A DNA stretch of 42,843 nucleotides from an uncultured Bacilli bacterium (GTDB taxonomy: Bacteria; Bacillota_I; Bacilli_A; RF39; UBA660). Under the pieces are notes generated by a model. That model worked only from the letters and a program-made list of their open reading frames with translations. It ran no database searches and had not been told where the DNA came from. The position numbers were made by a program, and so were the translations under genes. Positions 26,494 to 35,257 of this stretch are shown here, piece after piece. The stretch lies in contig CALVQS010000002.1 in NCBI GenBank assembly GCA_944358165.1, positions 1 through 42,843 on the forward strand, written 5' to 3'. The first letter of the stretch is position 1. Each line of letters opens with the position of its first letter.

Positions 26494-27555
26494 TTATGGT
26501 CCCGTAGGTCCAGTAGGTCCGGTAGGTCCTGTTGCACCTGTAGGTCCAGTTGGACCAGTTGCTCCTTCGGCACCTTGTGGTCCGGTAGGTCCGGTAGGTC
26601 CAGTAGCACCAGTTGTTCCGGCAGTACCTTGTGGTCCGGTAGGCCCAGTAGGCCCTGTTGCCCCAGTAGCACCAGCTGTTCCGGCAGTACCTTGTGGTCC
26701 GGTAGGTCCGGTAGGTCCTGTTGCTCCAACAGTACCAGCTGTTCCGGCAGTACCTTGTGGTCCAGTAGGTCCGGTAGGTCCTGTTGCCCCAGTAGCACCA
26801 GTTGTTCCGGCAGTACCTTGTGGTCCAGTAGGTCCGGTAGGTCCTGTTGCTCCAACAGTACCAGCTGTTCCAGCAGTACCTTGTGGTCCCGTAGGTCCGG
26901 TAGGTCCTGTTGCTCCAACAGTACCAGCTGTTCCAGCAGTACCTTGTGGTCCCGTAGGTCCTGTAGCACCTGTTGGTCCGGTTGAACCAGTAGGACCAGT
27001 AGCACCAGATGGTCCAGTAACTCCTTGAGGAATCGTTAAATTAAGGAAGAAATTTGGAGCAGTTCCTGTGATTGATGCAGTAGCAGTTGATCCAGGAGCT
27101 CCAGTAGTTACAGTTCCTATATTTAAAGTTGGAGTAGCTGATGTACCAGCAGGACCGGTAGCTCCAGTAGCTCCAGTAGCTCCAGTAGGCCCCGTTGCTC
27201 CGGTTGGTCCAGTTGGTCCTGTTACACCAGCACTACCAGTAGGTCCTGTTGCACCGGTTGGTCCGATACTTCCAGGAGTTCCTGCAGGTCCAGTAGCACC
27301 AGTAGGCCCAGTAGGCCCAGTAGCTCCAGCTGGAATAGAGAATGCAAGTACTGCATTTGAAGAAGTACCTGTATTAATGACACTTGCAGCCGTACCAGGA
27401 TCTGTAGTGGTTGTAGTACTTACGGTTATCGTTGCAGCAGCAGGCCCAGTAGGTCCAGTAGGTCCCGTTGGACCAAAGCAGCAGCAGCTAGGATTAGGAT
27501 GATTTTTATTATAGCAATCGATATATGCCTGAGCACGCTCTAAATTATTATTCAC
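26494..27555 (-). CDS. collagen-like (Gly-X-Thr) repeat surface protein, BclA-like in style
   Basis: 353 aa; GTG start behind AGGAGA; N-terminus [27 protein letters not shown], then long GPT/GAT triplet runs. Two roughly 35-aa non-collagen inserts end in AFSIPAG and LNLTIPQG. The protein ends inside the repeats (..[11 protein letters not shown]). Confidence 0.85.
   Translation of the reverse strand: MNNNLERAQAYIDCYNKNHPNPSCCCFGPTGPTGPTGPAAATITVSTTTTTDPGTAASVINTGTSSNAVLAFSIPAGATGPTGPTGATGPAGTPGSIGPTGATGPTGSAGVTGPTGPTGATGPTGATGATGATGPAGTSATPTLNIGTVTTGAPGSTATASITGTAPNFFLNLTIPQGVTGPSGATGPTGSTGPTGATGPTGPQGTAGTAGTVGATGPTGPTGPQGTAGTAGTVGATGPTGPTGPQGTAGTTGATGATGPTGPTGPQGTAGTAGTVGATGPTGPTGPQGTAGTAGATGATGPTGPTGPQGTAGTTGATGPTGPTGPQGAEGATGPTGPTGATGPTGPTGPTGP
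26573..26960. repeat. in-frame tandem repeats inside the collagen-like gene, period 63 bp (one 54-bp unit)
   Basis: The motif ccttgtgg recurs at 26573, 26627, 26690, 26753, 26816, 26879 and 26942; the unit encodes [21 protein letters not shown] variants. Confidence 0.9.
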
Positions 27556-27699
27556 TTTCTTTTTCTCCTTTCTTCTATATTATATGTAAGCCCGAAAAAA
27601 TAAGGATGACAAATTTCAATTTTTCATATTCTTCTAAGAGCTTAGGTATTTTCTATGATAATAAAAGAGGTTGAAACATATAATTTTATGGGTGAAATT

Positions 27700-28779
27700 A
27701 TGAATAAATATAAGGTATGTGTATATGCCATAAGTAAAAATGAAGAGAAATTTGTAAAAAGATGGGTTGAATCCATGAAAGAAGCGGATGATATTTATGT
27801 TTTAGATACTGGTTCAACGGATAACACGGTAAAATTATTAGAAGAATTAGGAGTTCATGTAACAGTGGAAGCGATTGATCCTTGGCGTTTTGATGTAGCT
27901 AGAAATAAATCTTTAGATTTAGTGCCACTAGATACAGATATTTGTGTTTGTACCGACTTAGATGAAGTATTAGAAAGTGGTTGGCGACAAAGATTAGAGA
28001 ATGTATGGAACGAAAAGGTGGACCGAGTAAGATATACTTACAATTGGAGTTTTGATGAATACGGGAAACCAGCGACTACTTTTATGCAAAACAAAATACA
28101 TAGAAGAAAAGGATATACATGGTATCATCCCGTTCATGAAATATTAAAAACGAAACCAAATGAGGTTGAAGTAGACTGTGCTGATATGGTTTTAAATCAT
28201 TATCCTGATAGTACAAAATCTAGAGGAAGTTACTTGCCATTATTAGAGATGAGTGTAAAAGAAGATCCAGAGGATGACCGTAATATGCATTATCTAGGAA
28301 GAGAGTACATGTATCACCAAAGATGGAATGAAGCAATAGATACATTAATTAGACACTTAAATTTACCAAGTGCCAAATGGGATGCAGAAAGATGTGCTTC
28401 CATGCGTTTTATAGCAAGATCCTACATGGGACTAAATAGGCCAAAAGAAGCAGAAATGTGGTACAAAGAAGCAATTAAAGAAGCCTCTTATTTAAGAGAA
28501 AGCTATGTAGAATTAGCGCAAATTTATTTAGATCAAAAAAGATATGAAGAAGCTTATGAAGAATTAGAATATGCTTTTTTAATCAAAGATAAAGCACCAA
28601 TCTACATTAATGAAGCTTTTGCTTGGAACGAATATATTTATGAATTAATGGGACTTGTATGTTACAATTTAAAATTATATCCAAAAAGTTTATATTATAT
28701 GCAAAAAGCCTTAAACTTAGCTCCAACCAACGAACGAATCAAAAACAACTGTGAAATAATTAGTAAAATGATCAACTAA
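27700..28779 (+). CDS. family-2-like glycosyltransferase fused to a TPR domain
   Basis: N-terminus KVCVYAISKNEEKFVKRWVESMKEADDIYVLDTGSTDNT with DxD-like TDLDE; the C-terminal half is TPR-like (YLGREYMYHQRWNEAI, AQIYLDQKRYEEAYEELEYA); start moved to ATG 27700 behind GGGTGA. Confidence 0.75.
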   Translation: MNKYKVCVYAISKNEEKFVKRWVESMKEADDIYVLDTGSTDNTVKLLEELGVHVTVEAIDPWRFDVARNKSLDLVPLDTDICVCTDLDEVLESGWRQRLENVWNEKVDRVRYTYNWSFDEYGKPATTFMQNKIHRRKGYTWYHPVHEILKTKPNEVEVDCADMVLNHYPDSTKSRGSYLPLLEMSVKEDPEDDRNMHYLGREYMYHQRWNEAIDTLIRHLNLPSAKWDAERCASMRFIARSYMGLNRPKEAEMWYKEAIKEASYLRESYVELAQIYLDQKRYEEAYEELEYAFLIKDKAPIYINEAFAWNEYIYELMGLVCYNLKLYPKSLYYMQKALNLAPTNERIKNNCEIISKMIN

Positions 28780-28867
28780 AAATAAAAAAATAACAAAAAG
28801 GTATTTATTTTATAGGAAAAGTATTGTAAAATATTTTTAGTTAAAGAAAAAAGTAAGGAGTGAATTT

Positions 28868-30466
28868 ATGGTTTGCAGTAAGTGTGGTACGAAAAATAAA
28901 GATGGTGCCAAATTTTGTGAAAAATGTGGCAATAAATTAGAAGTGCCAAAAAATCCTAAAAAAGAGGAGAAAAAAGAAACCAAAGAAAAGGAAACAAAAA
29001 CAGAAGAAAAAAAATATGTTTTTTGTGAGAAATGTGGAACAAAAAATGATTCTAATTCAAAATTTTGTGAGAAATGTGGAGGTAGCTTAAAATCTACAAA
29101 TTCATCTAACAAACCAAATCAAGCAATGGAAAACATCAAAGGCAAAGTAAATAAAATTCCAAAGAAAATCAAAATAGGAATTGGTATAGCAGCACTTTTA
29201 CTAGTAATTGCCATTGTATCATTAGCAATTCTTCTAAGTAATCCCGTAAAAAAAGTTGAAAATTATTTAACAAGTTACTATGATCATTATGAGGAAGATT
29301 ATGGAAATGATGAACTAGTAAAAATTGGAGAAATATTAAGAAACAACAAGGATAACGAAGATAAATTAGAAAGCATTTCCAATCAAATTGATAAAACAAT
29401 TAATAATTGGGTAAAAAATTTCAACAAATCTTATTCAAGTGAAGAAGACTTAGAAGAAGCATTTAATAAGTTATATGATGTTTTAAGAGAAATTTATACT
29501 TACTTTAATGGTTTAGAGTATGTATTAACTTATGAAGATTATTATACTTATTATGAAGAAATTTATGATTTATATAATTCGAAAGAAAACTATTTTAAAG
29601 GAGAAGAAGCAAGTAGCGATGCTGACAAATATAGTTATTACAGCAAAGTAATAGAAAGTGATTCTTACTATGATGATGCAAATGAATTTGTAAGCAACTA
29701 TTTAAGCGAAGAGTTAGGCGAATTACAAACAAATGCAGAAGAAATAACAAATCTTGGCGAAGATGCAACAAATGAAGAATTATTAAACGCATATATTAAA
29801 CAATTAGAATATCTTGAAGAAAATGAATATCAAAATGGCATTGATTTAAGCACAACAGAAAGTTATCAAACTTTATATAATAATGCCGTTAGTAAAATTG
29901 TAGAATATACGAAAGCTTATGCTGAAGAATTAAACAAAAATTTAGAAACAAATAGTGTTATGGATATGATTGAAAATTCTATGGAAGCTTTAGAATATAA
30001 TTCGGATGCTTATAAAGAATTAGAAGAACTAAAAGCTAGTTATGAAGACAAATTACCAGACAAATTAGCTTCTAAATATTTAGTTTCTTCAACAAGTGGA
30101 ACTGGAGATGCAACTTATCAAATTACGATTAATGATGTTGAATATGATAGTTATGTCAGATTTAATTTTGAAGGAGAAACAGTAAATAGAGTATATCGTC
30201 TAAATAATGAATACAAAACTTTTAAAGCAACGATTGTAAGAGGTCCAGACTGGGATCCAGACTTTAGTGGTGAAATTGTAATTTATGGTGACGATAAAGA
30301 ATTATATCGTTCTGGTGTAATTACCAAAACGAATGAATTAAACGGAGAAATCAACATTGATATTACAGATGTAGATGATTTAAAAATTGAATTTGTAACC
30401 GAAAGTGAACCAGACGGTTGGTCAAATTTCTATATTTACTTAGTTGAGCCATATTTATATAAATAG
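28868..30466 (+). CDS. double zinc-ribbon membrane protein with a large extracellular domain
   Basis: 532 aa; two CxxC..CxxC ribbons (CSKCGTKNKDGAKFCEKCG, CEKCGTKNDSNSKFCEKCG); one TM helix; acidic Tyr-rich helical region; C-terminal beta-rich roughly 130 aa, possibly an NPCBM-like sandwich (weak recollection). Confidence 0.7.
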   Translation: MVCSKCGTKNKDGAKFCEKCGNKLEVPKNPKKEEKKETKEKETKTEEKKYVFCEKCGTKNDSNSKFCEKCGGSLKSTNSSNKPNQAMENIKGKVNKIPKKIKIGIGIAALLLVIAIVSLAILLSNPVKKVENYLTSYYDHYEEDYGNDELVKIGEILRNNKDNEDKLESISNQIDKTINNWVKNFNKSYSSEEDLEEAFNKLYDVLREIYTYFNGLEYVLTYEDYYTYYEEIYDLYNSKENYFKGEEASSDADKYSYYSKVIESDSYYDDANEFVSNYLSEELGELQTNAEEITNLGEDATNEELLNAYIKQLEYLEENEYQNGIDLSTTESYQTLYNNAVSKIVEYTKAYAEELNKNLETNSVMDMIENSMEALEYNSDAYKELEELKASYEDKLPDKLASKYLVSSTSGTGDATYQITINDVEYDSYVRFNFEGETVNRVYRLNNEYKTFKATIVRGPDWDPDFSGEIVIYGDDKELYRSGVITKTNELNGEINIDITDVDDLKIEFVTESEPDGWSNFYIYLVEPYLYK

Positions 30467-30487
30467 AAAAAAGGAGTGTGAGTAAAA

Positions 30488-31354
30488 ATGGCTGAAGAAA
30501 AAAAAGAAACAACAAAGAAGACACCTAAGACAGAAGCAGTAGAAGAAGTAAAAGTCGAAAAAAGATTCTGTACTAATTGTGGTAGAGAATTAAAGGAAGG
30601 AGAGGTATGTAATTGCACTGCAAATACAGGAGCTAATAATGCTAGTAGTATTAATGGTGATGCAATTGTAAATACTTGCAAAGATATTTGGCATACAATT
30701 ATAAATGTATTTAAAAAACCTGCTACAACTGTAAGTGAAGAAGCAAACAGTAGCAAGAGTAATAAAAGTATTATTTTAATAATTGTATTAGCAATTTCTT
30801 ATGCCCTTTACTTAATGGCAATGTTTGCAGGTATGGCAAAGGGTATAGAAAGTGCAGCAAACTCAATTTGGAGTGGAGCAAGAGCAAGTGTAGATGTTCC
30901 ATATTTCCAAATATTCATTTATGGAATTATCATTTATGCAATCTTAGCAATCTTACCAGTAGTCGCTGCTTTAGTTGTAGCCAAAATTGCTAAAAATAAC
31001 AATTATACATTTAAGAAATCATTTAACCTATACATTACAAGTAATGCCCCAATGGTATTTTGTTATTTAGGAATGGCAATCATTTTATTATTAAATGTTT
31101 CATTGCTAACCGTATTAGGTACAATTGCTACCTTAATCATTAGTTTATTCTGTTTCTTTAATTTCATCTTAGGATTTAATGCAGAAACAAGAATGAAAGA
31201 GGACAGAAGAAGTTATGCTATAACTGGCTTAATTGCTTTCTGGATTGTTATGGTTATTGTTGCTTTCCTAATTGTTGGTGCAACCATCTTTGGAAGCATC
31301 GTTAGCGATGTCCAATCAACCACAAATGATATTAATGATATCTTTAATTGGTAA
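30488..31354 (+). CDS. zinc-ribbon polytopic membrane protein
   Basis: 288 aa; N-terminal FCTNCGRELKEGEVCNC followed by about 5 hydrophobic helices. Confidence 0.7.
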   Translation: MAEEKKETTKKTPKTEAVEEVKVEKRFCTNCGRELKEGEVCNCTANTGANNASSINGDAIVNTCKDIWHTIINVFKKPATTVSEEANSSKSNKSIILIIVLAISYALYLMAMFAGMAKGIESAANSIWSGARASVDVPYFQIFIYGIIIYAILAILPVVAALVVAKIAKNNNYTFKKSFNLYITSNAPMVFCYLGMAIILLLNVSLLTVLGTIATLIISLFCFFNFILGFNAETRMKEDRRSYAITGLIAFWIVMVIVAFLIVGATIFGSIVSDVQSTTNDINDIFNW

Positions 31355-31382
31355 AAAAATGTAAAAAAGTATGTTTAGTGTA

Positions 31383-31411
31383 TTGTATATTTTAAAAATA
31401 TGTGATATACT
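31383..31411 (+). promoter_or_regulatory. putative promoter (TTGTAT, 17-nt spacer, TGaTATACT extended -10)
   Basis: Read by eye; followed by two hairpins, the second of which is a terminator. Confidence 0.4.
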
Positions 31412-31461
31412 CAAGTTGTAGAAGTTAAGAAAAGCATTTCTAACTTCTACTTCCATACCAG

Positions 31462-31493
31462 ACTATGTTTATTTTTTAGTAAACATAGTTTTT
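31462..31493 (+). terminator. intrinsic terminator
   Basis: 10-bp perfect stem actatgttta / taaacatagt, 8-nt loop, then ttttcttt. Confidence 0.75.
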
Positions 31494-31507
31494 CTTTGCA
31501 AAATTAT

Positions 31508-31536
31508 TTGCCTAAATGCTTAAATAAAGGTATAAT
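31508..31536 (+). promoter_or_regulatory. putative promoter of the ZIP transporter gene (TTGCCT, 17-nt spacer, TATAAT)
   Basis: Read by eye about 20 nt upstream of the 31555 ATG. Confidence 0.5.
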
Positions 31537-31554
31537 TAGTATGGGTGTTTTATT

Positions 31555-32307
31555 ATGCAAACATATTATGGTTTAATTTTAACATTAATCGCTGGAGCAT
31601 TTTTCTTAGTAGGAGGCTTAATATCTTTAAAAATAAAAAACAAAGACAAATTAAATGCCTTTAGTATTGCTCTAGCATTTATCATTATTATTAATCTAAT
31701 TGTCATGGATTTATTTCCCGAAATATTTGAACAATTAGAAAGTTACGATTTCAGTTTTAAAATAGCAATTCTAGTTATTTTTAGCATTTTAGGAATTTTA
31801 ATATTAAAAGTGTTAGATTTCTTTATTCCGGATCATCATCATGAACATCATGAAAATGAAATTGATAAAACGGAGCACATCTCTCATATAAAGCATATTG
31901 GCACTCTTACATTAATTAGTCTAATATTACACAATTTATTAGAAGGATTTGCAATTGCCGGAATGGCTTTAAATGATTTAAAAGTAGGATTAATGATTTG
32001 CGTGTCAGTCGCACTTCATAATATTCCTTTAGGAACCACCATTTTTAGTTCATTAGACATTAAGAAAAACAAATTATTAATTGCAATTTTAACTTTATCA
32101 AGTTTTGTTGGTGGCCTAATATTCTTTTTAGCAGGAAATATTGGGGGATTAGTTTTAGGAATTATAACAAGTATTACTCTAGGTATGTTGCTATATATTT
32201 CTTTATTAGAACTATTACCAGAGTTATGGCAACACAAAAAAGAAAAAGCAACCTTAATAGGATTAATAACGGGAATAATTATTATTATAATATCTTTTGT
32301 GATTTAG
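31555..32307 (+). CDS. zupT: ZIP-family divalent metal (zinc) transporter
   Basis: 250 aa polytopic; His-rich loop DHHHEHHENE; ZIP signature helices HNLLEGFAIA and HNIPLGT. Confidence 0.85.
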   Translation: MQTYYGLILTLIAGAFFLVGGLISLKIKNKDKLNAFSIALAFIIIINLIVMDLFPEIFEQLESYDFSFKIAILVIFSILGILILKVLDFFIPDHHHEHHENEIDKTEHISHIKHIGTLTLISLILHNLLEGFAIAGMALNDLKVGLMICVSVALHNIPLGTTIFSSLDIKKNKLLIAILTLSSFVGGLIFFLAGNIGGLVLGIITSITLGMLLYISLLELLPELWQHKKEKATLIGLITGIIIIIISFVI

Positions 32308-32310
32308 GAA

Positions 32311-33315
32311 GTGATGATTTTGAAAAAAGTATTAGTAACTGGAGCTGGAGGTTCAGTTGGGATTAACGTAATTAAGTATTTATTAAGTGAAGGAAAATAC
32401 GAAATTACAGCCTTAGATCTTCGGAATAAAACCAGTCAAAAAAGATTAAAAAAATATCGTCGTCGTATTAATTTAATTTATGGAGATATGAATGATTCGG
32501 TATTAATGGATGCATTAGTAAAAGATCATGATTATATTATTCATCTAGCCGGAATTATGCCTCCAATCGCTGATATTAAAAGAAATATTTGCGAAGCGAT
32601 TGATTATAGAGGAACAGAAAACATGATTAAAGCAATGAATATGTATAATCCTAATGCTGTTTTGCTTTATGCATCATCAACAACGATATATGGAAATGTA
32701 ACAGAAGCAAATAGTGGAACGAAACCTCACTTAACAAGCCTAGATTATTACAGCAATACCAAGCTAAAAATCGAAAAATTAATCAAAGACAAATTAAAAA
32801 ATTATATTATCATTCGTTTACCGTTAATTTTAACCAATCCAAAAAATGGAGCATTTATGTATAATGTAAAATTAGATAATAAAGTAGAAGCCATCACGGA
32901 TAATGATGCAGGATATTTATTTACGAATGCTCTAAACCGTATTGATGAATTAAAAGGGAAAACATGGAATGGAACAGGTGGCGCCATGACTACCGATACT
33001 TATCGTAATATTTTAATAAATGTTTTAAAAATATATGGTTTAAGCATCAAATATTTATTAACAACTTTATTTATCGACAAAAATTTTTACACCCATACTT
33101 ATACAGATAGTGACGAGTTAGATCATATTTTAGAATTTCGAAGTGATTCTACATCTTCTTATTATATGCGCCTAAAAAGACAAGTAAAGGGAAGAAAAGT
33201 TGCCAAAATTTTAGCAAAACCTTTAATTTTATTCTTAAACAGAAAAAATCGTGGACGAATCACAAGAATTTTAAAAAAGCCTTTCCAAGTATTTTCAAAA
33301 AGGAAAGAAAAATGA
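32311..33315 (+). CDS. NAD(P)-dependent epimerase/dehydratase-family (extended SDR) protein with a basic C-terminal tail
   Basis: VLVTGAGGSVG Rossmann motif; YxxxK-like YYSNTK; C-terminal roughly 45 aa very Lys/Arg-rich; start uncertain (GTG 32311 or ATG 32314). Confidence 0.75.
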   Translation: MMILKKVLVTGAGGSVGINVIKYLLSEGKYEITALDLRNKTSQKRLKKYRRRINLIYGDMNDSVLMDALVKDHDYIIHLAGIMPPIADIKRNICEAIDYRGTENMIKAMNMYNPNAVLLYASSTTIYGNVTEANSGTKPHLTSLDYYSNTKLKIEKLIKDKLKNYIIIRLPLILTNPKNGAFMYNVKLDNKVEAITDNDAGYLFTNALNRIDELKGKTWNGTGGAMTTDTYRNILINVLKIYGLSIKYLLTTLFIDKNFYTHTYTDSDELDHILEFRSDSTSSYYMRLKRQVKGRKVAKILAKPLILFLNRKNRGRITRILKKPFQVFSKRKEK

Positions 33316-34364
33316 TTGGACTTGCACTAGAAGGTGGAGGGGTAAGAGGTTCTTATCAAGCTGGAGCATACATTGCCTTTTTAGAATGCGGTATTAAAAT
33401 AGATGGTGTATGTGGAACCAGTATTGGAGCTTTAAATGGTGCAATCATTGCAAGCAAAAAAGGTTCGGAATTACCAAGAATTTGGCGTAACAGCAATATG
33501 GGAAAAATATTTGGCTTTACAAGTGATTTTGTTGATGCTGTAAATGAAAAAAAGATCAATTTAAACTATTTGAAAGCACTTTTAAAAAACATTACGAATA
33601 TTATCTTAAATAAAGGAATTGAATTAAAGGGAGTAAAAGAGTTAATTGACAAAGAACTAGATGTGGATGCTTTAATAAATAGTGAGATCGACTTTGGTTT
33701 GGTAACAGTAAGACTAAAAGATTTTAAACCAATCTATTTATTTAAAAAAGATATGGAAAAAGACAAGATAAAAGATTACATTATTGCTAGTTGTTGTCTT
33801 CCTATTTTTAAAATGGAAAAATTAATTGATGATGAATACTATTTAGATGGTGGATTCTATGACGTTGGCCCTGTAAATATGCTTTTAGAAAAAGGATATA
33901 AAAAAGTATATTTAATTAAAATTCATGGAGTAGGTATACGAAGAAAGTACCAAGAAGATGCCGATGTAGTAGTAATTGAACCAAAAAGAAGTCTAGGTGG
34001 CGTATTAGATTTAAATCCAGAGCAAATAGAAGAGAACATCAAAATGGGCTATTATGATGCTTTAAAAGTATTAAAAAACTTAGATGGAGAAAATTATGTA
34101 TTTAAAGTAAAAAAAGAAGAATTTTATAAAAGATTAAATCGTAAAATATCAAAATATGAAATACGCCGAGTAAAACATTTTTTAAATGCTAAAACTGAAA
34201 AAGACACCATTATAAAAGCTTTAGAATATATTATGAAGAAGGAAGAATGGAATTATTATGAAATTTATGATTCTAAAAAGGTGATCAAAAAAATAAAAAA
34301 GAAATATAAAAAAACAGATCATTTTGTTTACAATTATATTAGAAAATTAAGATTTTTCTTTTAA
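33312..34364 (+). CDS. patatin-like phospholipase
   Basis: 350 aa; oxyanion GGGVRG; nucleophile elbow GTSIGA; catalytic Asp in LDGGF; 4-nt overlap with the upstream SDR gene. Confidence 0.9.
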   Translation: MIGLALEGGGVRGSYQAGAYIAFLECGIKIDGVCGTSIGALNGAIIASKKGSELPRIWRNSNMGKIFGFTSDFVDAVNEKKINLNYLKALLKNITNIILNKGIELKGVKELIDKELDVDALINSEIDFGLVTVRLKDFKPIYLFKKDMEKDKIKDYIIASCCLPIFKMEKLIDDEYYLDGGFYDVGPVNMLLEKGYKKVYLIKIHGVGIRRKYQEDADVVVIEPKRSLGGVLDLNPEQIEENIKMGYYDALKVLKNLDGENYVFKVKKEEFYKRLNRKISKYEIRRVKHFLNAKTEKDTIIKALEYIMKKEEWNYYEIYDSKKVIKKIKKKYKKTDHFVYNYIRKLRFFF

Positions 34365-34390
34365 GTTGGTAGACAAGATATAGAATGTAG

Positions 34391-34399
34391 TGTTATAAT
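34391..34399 (+). promoter_or_regulatory. extended -10 element TGtTATAAT upstream of yebC
   Basis: Read by eye; no good -35. Confidence 0.35.
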
Positions 34400-34421
34400 T
34401 TGAAAAGTTTGGAGTGATATT

Positions 34422-35144
34422 ATGGGACGTGCTTATGAAGTAAGAAAAGCAAGTATACAAAAAACAGGAGCAATTAAAGCAAAAACATATTCTACTTTTG
34501 CCAAAGAAATTTATTTAGCAGCCAAAAAAGGGGTACCAGAAATAGAAAGTAATATTTTCTTAAAAAGAATCGTAGAAAAAGCCAAAAAAGCTCAAGTACC
34601 AAGTGATATTATTAATAGGGCAATTGATAAAGCAAAAGGAGTAGGTGGCGAAGATTATCATGAAGTCATTTATGAAGGATTTGGTCCAGGAGCATCTACT
34701 TTAATTATCAAAACCCTAACAGATAATGTAAATCGTACAGTTGGTATGGTTCGTGCAGCTTTTAACAAAGTTCATAAAAGTTTAGGAGTAACCAATTCCG
34801 TTGCTTATAACTACGATTATTTAGCAATTATTACTTTTAAAACAGACAAAGAAGAAGAAATTTTTGAAAAATTATTAGAAGCAGGAATTGAACCAATCGA
34901 ATTTGAAAGTAATGATGGCGAATTAACAATCAGTGTTCATCCCAATGATATAAACAGTACGAAAGATTGTATTGAACAAATTGTTCCAAATGTAGAATAT
35001 GAATTTGATGAAGTTGGTATGTTTCCAAAAAATAAAGTAGATTTAAATACCGAAGATTTAGAAGCTTTTGATAAACTATATAATATGTTAGATGAAATTG
35101 ATGATGTAACAAATATTTATCATAATGTAAATGGAAGAGATTAG
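34422..35144 (+). CDS. yebC: YebC/PmpR-family DNA-binding transcriptional regulator
   Basis: 240 aa; family-typical N-terminus MGRAYEVRKASIQKTGAIKAK and YEGFGPGASTLIIKTLTDN. Confidence 0.9.
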   Translation: MGRAYEVRKASIQKTGAIKAKTYSTFAKEIYLAAKKGVPEIESNIFLKRIVEKAKKAQVPSDIINRAIDKAKGVGGEDYHEVIYEGFGPGASTLIIKTLTDNVNRTVGMVRAAFNKVHKSLGVTNSVAYNYDYLAIITFKTDKEEEIFEKLLEAGIEPIEFESNDGELTISVHPNDINSTKDCIEQIVPNVEYEFDEVGMFPKNKVDLNTEDLEAFDKLYNMLDEIDDVTNIYHNVNGRD

Positions 35145-35163
35145 CAGAGTCTAGTCTTTTTTT
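35139..35163 (+). terminator. intrinsic terminator after yebC
   Basis: gattag / ctagtc stem (one G-U pair), 6-nt loop, 7 T. Confidence 0.55.
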
Positions 35164-35257
35164 GTTAAGAAAATGTAAAGAAAAAAGAATGATTTATGTA
35201 AAGTTGATTCCTAATTTCAAAATATGCTAAAATAAAAATAGAAAAGGATCTGATTCT

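Noticed and set aside
26573-26960. The regular 63-bp periodic repeats might be a CRISPR array
   Set aside because: There are no unique spacers between repeats. The units are contiguous, in frame and coding (collagen triplets), and no cas genes are present.
26428-27502. Long ORFs in other frames and on the other strand across the collagen repeat region (26428..26985 +, 26469..27005 -, 26483..27028 +, 27068..27502 +)
   Set aside because: They are frame shadows of a low-complexity GGN-CCN-ACN repeat. Only the 26494..27555 minus-strand frame has a real N-terminus, an RBS, Gly-X-Y periodicity and a terminator.
28943-29020. The Lys/Glu-rich low-complexity stretch (PKNPKKEEKKETKEKETKTEEKK) as a separate repeat element
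   Set aside because: It is simply the linker between the two zinc ribbons of the 28868 protein, and the nucleotide sequence is not a clean tandem repeat.
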